From the NCBI GenBank assembly GCA_028534125.1, contig CM052828.1:558001-622000 (forward strand): a DNA stretch of 64,000 nt. The letters are read 5' to 3'. Below are positions 12,695 to 22,870 of the stretch, piece by piece. Every line of letters begins with the position of its first letter. Position 1 is the stretch's first letter. Both the position numbers and the translations under genes were made by a program. The notes beneath the pieces were generated by a model. It made no database searches, had not been told where the DNA came from, and worked only from the letters and a program-made list of their open reading frames with translations. Source of the stretch: Lama glama. Lineage: Eukaryota.

Positions 12695-12789
12695 TTTTTT
12701 TTTTTTTAAATAGAGGCACTGGGGATTGAGCCCAGAACCTCATGCATGCTGAGCATTGCTCCACCGCTGAGCTGGTTCCACCCACCCTC
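12695..12789 (-). mobile_element. Vic-1-like SINE
   Basis: T-tail, then gaggcactggggattgagcccagaacctcatgcatgctgagcattgctccaccgctgagct (antisense tRNA-like head). Confidence 0.85.
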
Positions 12790-12819
12790 AACGAAAAGTA
12801 ATTTTTAAAACGGCACTAG

Positions 12820-13695
12820 ACAAGCAAAATAAACCAGAAAATGTGGCCCATAATCAAGATAATAGAACTGCTCCTGTAGGTGACTTACAGTTCGAATTCA
12901 GCAGATGAGTGATTTGTTGACCAGCTATTATAAATACGTTCAAGGGCTTGAAGAAAGATGGAAAGAAGTGGGCAGAGAGATAGATACAGCGTTGAGATTA
13001 ACGACGCAGCAGCCGGGCTGCCGCAGACGACAGAGCTGAGAAGGGGGTCGCGAACTTGAAAACAAGGCAGCAGAAAGCATCCACTTTCTGAACCACAAAG
13101 GGGAGAAGCCCTGTGGAGGGACGGCAGATGGTCCGTCTCACGTACGCTCTGGAGCCCAGAAGGGATGGACAGAGAGCATGGGGCTGAAGGGTATTTAAGG
13201 AGATAATGGCATTTTCCCCAAACTGACATAAGACAAGCCCAAGGATCCAGGAAGTTAGCAACCCACACACATGGCAAGTACGACGCTCAGCCACACTTTT
13301 GAAGAATAAAGAGAAACATCTTTGAAAAAAAGACTAATAAGCAAAAAGGAGATACGCTACCTTCAGGAGAACAACAAGAGAAGGATGGCTGACATCTGAG
13401 CAGAAGGAGCAGAGGTGAAAAGACTACTGGAAGCGTCTTCAGAGAGAAAAAAATGCCACCTAGAAGTCTGTGTGCAGCAACGTCTCCTTTGACAACGCAG
13501 GCAAGAGAAAGGCATTTTCAGACAAGCGAAAACGAAGAATTAATTGCTAAATGAGGTTCTTCAGGTTGAAGGGGATAATCCTTGATCTAAACCAGAATCT
13601 GCAAGATAGAGTGAGACTCACCACAAATGGTAAATCTTTGGGTGCGTAGAGAAAAACTATTTTTCTTCAGTTCTTTAAAAGTGTGTTGTCTGTCG
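12820..13695 (+). mobile_element. Ancient L1M ORF1 region (continues at ~15470-15800)
   Basis: A-rich ORF1-like phrases (gtatttaaggagataatggc, ggcattttcagacaagcgaaaac, gttcttcaggttgaagg). Confidence 0.7.
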
Positions 13696-13699
13696 TAAA

Positions 13700-14238
13700 C
13701 ATCAGCAATGTGGAGAAAAGGGACCCCTACACTGCTGGTGGGAATGCAGTTTGGTGCAGCCACTGTGGAAAACAGTATGGAGATTCCTTAAGAAGCTAAA
13801 AACAGACTTACCATAAGATCCAGGAATCCCACCCCTAGGCTTGTGTCCGGAGGAAACTCTAATTTGAGAAGATATGTGAGCCCCAAAGTTCACAGCAGCA
13901 CGATTTACAACAGCCAAGACACGGAAGAGTCTAAATCTTAAAAAAGGACACAAATGAACTTATTTACAAACCAGAAACAGACTCACAGACATAGAACACA
14001 AACTTATGCCAAATTTTTAATAAATTAGTTCTTTGAGATTAACAGAGACACACTACTGTATATAAAGTGACAAACAACAAGGTCTTGCTGTGCAGCACAG
14101 GGAACTACATTCAATATCTTGCAATCGCCTATAATGAGAAAGAACATATGTGTATGTGCACAGAGTCACTGTTCTTTATGCTGGAGACTAACAACATTGC
14201 AAACTGACTAGACTTCAATAAACAAATAAATGAAATAG
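13700..14238 (+). mobile_element. 5'-truncated artiodactyl L1 (ORF2 C-terminus + 3' UTR)
   Basis: tgtggagaaaagggacccctacactgctggtgggaatgc...gcagccactgtggaaaacagtatggagattcc...gacttcaataaacaaataaa. Confidence 0.9.
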
Positions 14239-14706
14239 AAGAGGAACTGGGGTGCTATGTAGAAATAACGTAACAAGGACTACATAAAATTGCTAGATTA
14301 ACGCACAGTTGGCTATTGACTTACAGGAGTATTAACTGTAACTTCTGGGTTATCTTTTCTACCAATTATCTGAAACTAAACCAGATGAAAATCTGTAACT
14401 TAACATGTAGAACCATCCTGCTGGGGAACCTTAATAATAAACAATGAGTCAAAATGTTCGCTCTCGTCAATAACCTTTAGGTGGAACTGTGACTCCTACG
14501 GTACTGAAAGGACATTAACCCTCCCCTCAACACACATCCAGGCTTTTCCTTTTTTCCTCTAATTTTGGAGAAATCACTCACACACACACCAGATGAAATG
14601 TATGCCAAGTACCTTGCACAGCTTTAAAGCAGGAGTTGAAACAAGTATAAATGTGAAGTTATTTAATTTATATGAAAGTACGGTGTTTATAAACACAAAA
14701 CCAATC

Positions 14707-15465
14707 TGTGATAGGCAGAATTCTAGCATGGACTCTGAAATTGCCCCTCCCCTTGTACATGGTGGTACAGTCTCCCTGTAACCCCTTCCACCTGAGTGTG
14801 TGTGCAGGCTCGGAAACACAATGAGAGTTCTCTCCTCGATCAGCTTACCTGGTATTACAAAGGTGCAGGGATTCTGCAGGTGTAATTAAGGCCCCTAATA
14901 AATTGTCTCTGAGTTAATCAGAAGTGAGATTACCCTGGCTGAGCCCGACTTCATCACAGAGCCCTTCAAAAGAGGATCAAGCTCCTTCCTGAAGAGAGGA
15001 ATTCAGAGCCAGAGAGATTCAAAATGAGAGGGATTCTTCTACTGGTCTCCCCACTTTCGGGGGGAGGTTAATCAGGTTTGTTTATTTACTGACATTTTTA
15101 ATGCAGGGACTGGGTTTTGAACCCAGGGCCTTGTGCACGCTGAGCACTGGGCTAGTCCTTCCCCTCCTGCTGGCTTAAATGAGCAAACACCATGTTGTGA
15201 GCAGACTGTGGTGATGGCCACATGGCCGCTCACTCTCCAGCGAGAAAACGGAGCTCTGTCCTCCAGCCACCTGGAACTGAGTTCTGCCGACAACCTGAGT
15301 GCGTTTGGAAGAGGATTCATCCTTAGTCACCTTTCCAGGTACTACTGCATTCCAGACCACACCTTCACTTCAGTCTTGTGAAACCCTGAGCGGTGCACCC
15401 AGTTAAGATCTATCTAGACAAGTGACCTACATAAACTGTGAGATAATATAAGGATGCAGTTTTTT
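14707..15465 (+). mobile_element. MLT1-type (ERVL-MaLR) LTR, truncated after its poly(A) region, with nested SINE
   Basis: tgtgataggcagaattct..gcaggtgtaattaaggcccc..gaactgagttctgccgacaacctgagtg..aactgtgagataat. Confidence 0.8.
15059..15164 (-). mobile_element. Vic-1-like SINE (internally deleted) inside MLT1
   Basis: ggggaggttaatcaggtttgtttattt...ttgaacccagggccttgtgcacgctgagca. Confidence 0.8.
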
Positions 15466-15896
15466 TTTAAAGTATGTTGCCTATAAGATGTAAAAATAAT
15501 AAAAACGTGTTTATTGTATGATTTACATGTCAGTAGAAGTAAAATGTGTGCCAATGTAGCATAAAGGACTGGAGTACAAAGGGAATTAAACTGTAATTAG
15601 GTTCTTGCATCGAGTGTAAAGTGGCAGAGCATTAAAGTTTGTGATAAATTGAGAAAGTTCCTACAGCAACCACTGAAACATGGCAAACAGAGTTAACTTC
15701 ACAGTCAGTTAAGGAGTTGCAACACTGAAGATTACTTCTCAAGGTAACCAAAAGGAGGCAGGAAAGGAAGAACAAACAGCGAACGAATGAAAGAAGGTGG
15801 ACTTGACCCCACCGACTGAGGTGGGTGTGAACGCGCTCGACCTGTTCCCAGCAGGACGGAGTGACTCTTCCAACTCGTGTTCTGGCGCCGACAGTA

Positions 15897-15987
15897 AGCA
15901 AACTGGACAATCACACAACAACTCTTTTATACAGTGGGTGACAGACGGCACGTGACTGTCTCAGAAGAGAAGGGACCAGGATGCTGT
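15897..15987 (+). repeat. 91-bp direct repeat, copy 1 (within an L1M 5'-end-like remnant)
   Basis: 86/91 identical to 17137-17227. Confidence 0.95.
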
Positions 15988-16109
15988 AGCCTCCTGCCCG
16001 AAGCCCGCGTCAGAGTGTGGACCGGAGCGGCTGGGCAGTGTGCTGGTTCTGCCGAGCTGGGAGGGAGGGGCCGGGCCCTCGGGGAAGGTCAGACACCCTC
16101 GGAGAGGAG

Positions 16110-16295
16110 GCCTCCCAAACACCAACTGGACACGCCCAGAGGAGACGCCACAGAGCCTCTGGAGGGAGTGAGGCCCCGTCGACGTCTTGCTCCTGGACTT
16201 CTGCCTCCAGACCTGTGAGAGAATAAATTTCTGAGCTTTCACGCTGCCTGGTTTGTAGTAACCTCTCCCAGCTGCCACCCTGGGAAACCAACACA
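16110..16295 (+). mobile_element. MLT1-type LTR 3' fragment
   Basis: gagcctctggagggagtgaggcccc..ggacttctgcctccagacctgtgagagaataaatttctg..ggaaaccaacaca. Confidence 0.8.
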
Positions 16296-17136
16296 GGTGG
16301 CAAAGCTCTGGGTTTAAACTCACCACCCTCTCCTCCTGACCCTGCATCCAACCTGTCAGGGGTTCATTTGATGCCCTGTGTCCTGAAACAAGTTATTCAG
16401 AACCAGAACACTCATGTTCTCATTCTTTGTAGCCACAGAACATCCGGCACCACACGTTCTCCCTGGAAGACCCAAATTTGGGGCGTGAACTGTCCGACTA
16501 AGCCCAGCTCCTACCAAACTTCCAAGTGACTGAGCGCCAGTCACACGTAATTATGCCCAGGATCTGGTAAAGCACAGAATCGGCCAACCGAGGAACATGC
16601 TGGCGTTAGACGGTACCACCCACAAAGTCACACGTCCTTATAGTCACGATGCCCCACCCCTAAGGGGGCTCTGATCCGAGTTGTCTGAGGACGGACAGTG
16701 CCCCCCAGGCAGTACCCACGGCCTGATCCTTCCCACCTGTTACCCACACGGTGCTGGGTGTGGGCTTTTGCGTTACCTGTGTGTCGCTGCAGCTTCAGCT
16801 GCGGGGACCTACAGGGAGCAGCCTTCCCGGCGGGGACGTGGGCTCCACGGATGTTCATCCCTGATGTGGTTTTTCAGAAATTCTACAGCAAAGGCTCAAA
16901 TCAATCAAAGAATCTCTGAAGTAGCCACTTTGGGACAAATCCTTTGCCACCTCCTTCAGTCTTTCTACCTCTTTCACTCAACACGGCCTGATTTGGGCAA
17001 CCTAGGCAAGCAAGTTGCATCCACAGCAAAAGAAGTGCCGAGTCCCTGAGAGCAATTCCTGGGAACTCAACTGGGAGGGCACCTGTCCCCGGAGAAGAAT
17101 TCACTCACAGACGCACAGGCCTCGACTGACAGGAAG

Positions 17137-17227
17137 AGCAAACTGGACAATCACACAACAACTGTTTTATACAGTGGGTGACAGAAAGCACGTGACTGTC
17201 TCAGAAGAGAAGGGACTGGGATGCTGT
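17137..17227 (+). repeat. 91-bp direct repeat, copy 2
   Basis: Exactly 1240 bp from copy 1. Confidence 0.95.
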
Positions 17228-17354
17228 CCGCTGGCAGGTGGAAGGCAGCGAGGGAGCCGTGCGCACCCTCCGGAACCACCCTCCCCAGGCTGCCTGGGTG
17301 TGTGTGATAGGGACACGTCTGCGCTTTTTCTGAAAGTAAAGAGCAGTGAAGGAG

Positions 17355-17680
17355 GGGAGAGAAGAGCCTTTGGAGCCAGGCAGACTTGGGTTCTGATCTC
17401 CTTTGCAAAATCAGCAATGAAGGTGCCTCTTTCCAGGGCTGCTGCGTTGGCCCAAGACGCTGTGTATGAAGTGCCCGTCACAGTGCTGGGAACGTCATCG
17501 GTGCTCAGCAAATTGGCAGATACTGTCATCTGCGGCAGAGAAACCAGACACCAGACCCAACTCCACCACCTACTAGCTCTGTGATCCAGTATCTCAGTTC
17601 CATCTGCAAAACAGGAATAATAACAGTGATGACAAATTAGACCACAGATGATAAAAGAGTGAACACCGTACATCACAGGG
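17355..17680 (+). mobile_element. Two MIR fragments
   Basis: gcctttggagccaggcagacttgggttc and ccacctactagctctgtgatcc..catctgcaaaacaggaataataac match the MIR core. Confidence 0.65.
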
Positions 17681-17807
17681 TATTATCCTGACCTTTGAAG
17701 TTTCTTCTGATTCCAGCAGTCCATAATTTATGATCTGATAAAGGGGTGATCTTGGTGGCACCCTGGTTCCCAGTGAGATGAGAAGGTTTACCAACTAATG
17801 GAGCTTG

Positions 17808-17821
17808 GTTGCTATAGCAAC
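17808..17821. promoter_or_regulatory. Perfect palindromic RFX X-box GTTGCTATAGCAAC
   Basis: Exact 14-bp palindrome fitting GTTGCYATRGCAAC; function not shown. Confidence 0.5.
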
Positions 17822-18281
17822 TCAGGTATCATTTTCAAAGTAAGAATGTTAATGTTCAGATACACATCTTGTATGATGTCCCAGGGGGTTCTGAACTGTA
17901 GATAAAGACATAGAACAAAGCTGTATTTTAGGATCAAAGCCAGCACTAGAGGGGAACTGATACTCTGCTAAGCTGGGAAAACCAGTACTTGCCGTGGCTT
18001 TTGGTAACACGACGTAAAGACACTCAATGTATTTTGAAAACCCCAAATTCTCTTGTAGAAAATGTCAAGCACTATCAAGCCATTGTGCTCTCGCCACCTG
18101 ACAAACACCCTCTCATCACAAGCAAGCAACTTTTCCCCATTATGGATTAAAAATAAAGTAAATGGGATTAAAAATAAGGTGAAGTGGTTCTATTGATCTA
18201 ATAACTTCTGAAGCTGTTGAGAAAGAGGATGTGATATGTACACAGAGAGGAGAGAGGGAGAGAGAAAATGTGTTATATATA

Positions 18282-18414
18282 ATGCCATATATAGTGTGTA
18301 ACGCCATATGTAGTGTGTAACTCCGTATATAGTGTGTAACTCCGTATATAGTGTGTAATGCCGTATGTAGTGTGTAACACATCATATAGCGTGTAACGCC
18401 ATATATAGTGTATA
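18282..18414. repeat. 19-bp minisatellite, 7 units (approximate consensus ACGCCATATATAGTGTGTA)
   Basis: Units start at 18282, 18301, 18320, 18339, 18358, 18377 and 18396. Confidence 0.95.
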
Positions 18415-20749
18415 ATTTGGAGAGAAAATATGTTATGTATGTTATTTATAATGCCATATATAATATATAATATGAAGAAAAGCATTATATGTAGTCACAT
18501 ATGTAACATATGGGAGGGAGACAGCTGGATAGCGAACAGGTTACATACTGGCTGGAGATCTCCAGGTACCGGTAGAATGAAATGCCACCACCCGCCTGGA
18601 AGAGTTAAGAAGCTCCCCGTGTGCTGAACAGGGCACAGTTCACTCAGCTGCGGAGGCGGTCTGAGTGGAATAAGCATTTTCTGAAGGATTTATTGCGTTA
18701 AGCACAGCGGGCTCCTACTGTTTGAAAGGGTGCCTGGTTCGGGTGGCTTGTGTTTTCCTACGCTGTGTCAGGAACTGCTTTCCCAGGTCCTAGTCTCATA
18801 GAAGAACCACTGGTTCACGTTTCCAGGGTTCTCTAACACCAGAAGCTGCGCTTTTCTCAGGAAGCGCGAACTTTCTCGCCCCGTTGAGAGCGTTTTCTTC
18901 GCGCGGCGCAGCGTGGGCACTGGTGTCCAGATGCGAGACCAGTGAAGACGAGCCTCTCTCACACGCTCTCCTTCCCAGGCCGTGTTGCCAGGGCAGCTCT
19001 CTGAGCCGGAAACGTCAGGCTTTGACCTGGATCCAGCCGGATACGGCGCCCAGGGCAAGCTGGGCTCGACAAAGAGCTCCCACATACTTACTAGCATCCC
19101 AGTAGTTTGGAGGACTCCCTTTTCTTCCTGACGGAAAGGACCATTTTCTGGAAATACAGCTGCTCTGCCAGTTACTCAGGGAGAATCACGAGGTCATGAC
19201 AGAGGACCCTCGAGTCTGTTGGGGGGAGGGGTCCTGTCGGGGGCTGGGGCAGGGACGGAGGTGGCTCACCGACCAACCGGGGACCAGCGGTAGAGGCCCC
19301 GGGAGGCAGCTCTGACTCAACGTAAGGAAGAACAAAGTCAAGGTTCCCAAGGGTCCACCAGGCACCCTGGGAGGGGGCCTCTGCTAGGGTGTCACCTCCC
19401 CCTCAGCCTCCCTCCGTAGCTCCTCCGGAACCGCACGCTCCCTAGGGACAGCTTCCAGCCCAAGACCGCGGTCTGGCTCCGCGTGGGCAGGCGTGGCACT
19501 GGTTCTATGAGCCCCAGTGCCCGCCCACGGCAGATGATCAGTAATGTTTGAGAGATGACTCGACTAAGGGAGGAAAACGCATCTGGTTTAACCTCAGTCT
19601 TGCAAGACTGATCCATGAGAAAGGTGCCTGATAATCCCTCAGCTGCTCTCAGAAGCAGTTTCTGAACCTCCGGGCTGAGCGAGGATCAGAGGGACCACAG
19701 GGACCCCTTCTCTAACCCCCAGGGACACCGTGTGTCACCTGTGTCTCACAGGAGAGGGGACTGCACAGGCACTGGGGACATGGGTGCAGCGCTGCCTGGG
19801 GAAGGAGCAGGCTGAGTCCGCCGCAGCTAAGACCCTCCAGTTGTCAGGAGGGACTTCTGACTTCCTGAGCTGACCGCCCCTCAGACCCTCAGCCCGGTCA
19901 GGCCCCGTTTCTTCGGTGTGTTCTGACCACCGCTCGGCCCTGGGCCCCATCTGGATCTGGTCCCAGCTCCAGGCTCCCCAGAGGGCCCTCCTTTGGGCCC
20001 AGGGAACCACTCCCCCTGCCGGGAATGCTTCATCCGGCAAGGGCATCCCAGCCACCCCCAGGGGCGGCTGGTCGCACAGGATCCCAGGAGCAGCTCCCCC
20101 ACTTTATTCTCACGCTGCGCTGTCCTCCCGGAGGGCTCCAAGGGCAGGGACCGGGTGCTTGATGCCGGGGCACCCCAGCTGTTCAGGTGGCTGAAGCGTA
20201 AATGAACCTGATGGAGGAACATGGCCAGAGCCATGACTCCTCCTCTGTTCCTACAGGGGTGCAGGTTCCCACACACCGCAGCCCTGGCCCGAGGAAAGGC
20301 GTCTCCCTCCCGCGTGAAGCCGGGGGCCGGTCACCTGAAGTGGAGCGCGCCACGGGGCATCAGTGATCAGCGGGTCCGCCTGGTGCTGGCGTGCGGTGTT
20401 GGGAGCTGGGACGCTAGTTCCTGGAGCACCGGCGGAACTGGCGCTGGACCAGACCCTGTGTCGAGGGAGGCGCTGGGCTGAAGTCAGAAGGGTCTCTCCC
20501 CTGCAGAACCGTGCGTGGGATCTCGTGTGTCCCGCGTGAGAGCCAGGGTGGGGCCGAGACAGAGCCTCCCAGACACACCCGACCGCGGACCCGGGGCAGG
20601 TGGGAAACTGGCCCAAAGTGTGGGCTTTCGCTGGTGACAGACAAAGGCCGGGAGCAAAGAATCAGCCTAAGACTCAACCATCGCGGCCCCTGGAAACACG
20701 CCCATCGTCGGGACCGCCGTCTTTCTCAGAAGGCACAGAAGACACAGGT

Positions 20750-21219
20750 GTCTCTATGGGATCAAAACCTTTTATTTGGAATAAACATCAAGAAAATGAA
20801 CGCGCTGGTCTCATAAATGCTGGGCCATAGGGACCAGCACGAGCTCAGGAGATGATTGCCAAGATCCGTCGCTTGATTGAGATAACTGGAAACTATAATC
20901 ACTGGCTATAAAATGTAGCCACATGTAATCACACTAAGACTAAATGGTCAGACCTTCAGCCACTTGTCCCCCTGGCTTGTCTGAGTGCAGGGAATCAAGC
21001 CCTCAGACCCGAGTGCGGCGGTGGCCCCGAGCCCAGGGCATGCTGGGAAGCGACCACGGCCTACCCTCCACCGCTGTGCCCGCCACCCGTGGGGAGCAAG
21101 TCGGACTCTGTCCACCAAGCACCCTGCGCCCCGCGCTCAGAGCGGTTGGACTAAGTGCTCGTAATTCCAGCAAACGGCCTCCAGCGAGGGGGCGGCGGGC
21201 GGTGGGAGGCGGGCAGGCT
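20750..21219 (-). other. CRYL1: CRYL1 3' UTR (~470 nt; 3' end approximate)
   Basis: Runs from the stop codon to a minus-strand AATAAA followed by a GU-rich element. Confidence 0.75.
20771..20776 (-). terminator. CRYL1: CRYL1 polyadenylation signal AATAAA
   Basis: Plus-strand TTTATT. Downstream on the minus strand lies ctgtgtcttctgtgccttc (GU/U-rich), about 25-45 nt away. Confidence 0.8.
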
Positions 21220-21333
21220 TCACTGGGGCTGCACCTGGCTTTTCAGCTTGGCCAGTCTCATGAGGCACCCGTCCCTCCACTCCCTCCTGGCAGCTAAGTG
21301 CGCTGGGTCATCTGGGACTTTCACACACATGGC
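21220..21333 (-). CDS. CRYL1: CRYL1 last coding exon 8 ([37 protein letters not shown])
   Basis: Within ORF 21220..21477. Long pyrimidine tract and cag| acceptor; C-terminus KLKSQVQPQ as in human CRYL1; TGA at 21222-21220. Confidence 0.97.
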   Translation of the reverse strand, partial: AMCVKVPDDPAHLAARREWRDGCLMRLAKLKSQVQPQ

Positions 21334-21655
21334 CTGGGAACAGGAAAAGAGAAAGAAAAGAGGAGAAAAGGAACAAGCGGCATGAAGAGGAACTGACTGA
21401 GCAGGAGGGTAACTGCTCCTATTTAGGAAAACTGAGAATCTGCTTTCAGGGACAAAAGAAGTAAGGCCAACATTCAATTAACTTTTTAAAAAACCTTCCA
21501 AATCCAGAGCCACTGTTTCTGGTCACACTGCTTGCAGGCCCCCCACGACCTGGACGGCTGTGGACGGGCAGGGACACAGAACCTCGAAGTTGGGGTGAGG
21601 ATCCTGGCTACAAAAAACAGCCCGCCACCCCGCCCCAGGCAGTGGGTCTGCACAC

Positions 21656-21762
21656 CTGGTGCACTTTCTCAGCTGTGGCCCCGGAAAACTCTGGAATGGG
21701 TCCAAAAGTCTTCAGGACACGTTTCATGCCTTCGCTGTATCTGTCACAGTAGCTCAGCATTC
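21656..21762 (-). CDS. CRYL1: CRYL1 coding exon 7 (107 nt; [36 protein letters not shown])
   Basis: Within ORF 21608..21874. Acceptor gctcccag|GA, donor CAG|gtgtgc; phase 1-0 fits exon 6. Confidence 0.97.
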
Positions 21763-22149
21763 CTGGGAGCACAAGAGAACAAGCCCATGCATCAGGGAAC
21801 AGAGGCTGTGCGCGCAGCACCAGGGGAGTGTGCGGGTGTCCCCGGGCCGAGAGCAGGTGCCCCAGGCCGTGCACCTGGCCGCCGCTCCAGCCTCTCTGGG
21901 CAACTCAGTCCTGCAAGTCCTGAAAAGCGTCCGGGCCTGCCATCCCACCTCTCACAGCCCGTGTTCCTGCTTTGACTCGAGTGTCACATGAACCCTGTTT
22001 TAACCCAAACGCCTTCTTCCACAAAGCACCTGCAAGGTGACTTCCGTACATGGCTTGAATGTATTTCCTAAGAACCAAAGGTGTCGCACTCTTAAGTCCC
22101 ACTTCACTCTCATCCATGAAGCCTCGTTACTGCTTTGCTGCGTGTCTAC

Positions 22150-22870
22150 GGTTATTTATCCCAGAGGCAGGCCCGGAGTGGCCGGTGGGTTTGAGCCCCG
22201 CCAGCCCGCAGCCCCGGGCCCTGGGGAGCCCGGGGAAGGTGGAGCCCTGGGATTCTGGGGAGGAGCACACGAAGGAGCGGCCTCTGCTGAAGGGGCTGCG
22301 GGAGCGAGGGGTGCGTGCAGCTGAGGCGGGTGCGGAGGGGACCGCTCTGCCGCAGACCCGTGCACCCCGCACCCGTTCCCGCCTCCCCGCCCCCGCCCAC
22401 CAGCAGCCGAGGCGGGACGGGCTCCGGGCAGTCCCTCGGGAGCCGAGGACGGGCTGCCGGCCCTTTGCCCACCGCTTTCAGCGCGGGGGACTCAGCAGCC
22501 GGCCAGTCAGGCTGGAAAGGGCACAAGGAACCGGGCAGGCCCCACTGCGCCGCGCACGGCGGACTGCGCCCAGTCACGGCGAAGCTGACCCGCGCCGGCC
22601 CCGCCAAGCCCGGCGCGGTCCCGGCGTCCGCGCCCCGCGGCGCCGCCCCGGCCGCTCCCCTGCTCTCAGCGCGGTGAGGCGAGGCCCGCTGCGTCTGGGG
22701 AGAGAGGCCGCTCGGAGGGAGAAGCATTCAAATACAGCTCGTCTGACATCACCGCTGCCGCCGAGCGGCAGCCGGGGCTTCCGCATCGGTTCTGGAGTGA
22801 CACGGAGACGGGCGCGAGCTCGGGCCCGGGGCTCTCACAGGGCTCGGCGCCGCTGGGCCACAGAAAACAC
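22150..22870. promoter_or_regulatory. Intragenic CpG island, CRYL1 intron 6
   Basis: Very dense CpG/GC (cgcgccggccccgccaagcccggcgcgg...), GC boxes, sharp AT-rich boundary at ~22890. Confidence 0.75.

Noticed and set aside
18282-18414. Regularly spaced repeats reminiscent of a CRISPR array
   Set aside because: Head-to-tail units with no unique spacers, in mammalian DNA; it is a minisatellite. The overlapping Tyr/His-rich ORFs are artefacts.
1-20700. Connexin (GJB6/GJB2) coding sequence
   Set aside because: No connexin-like ORF is present; these genes would lie further left by synteny.
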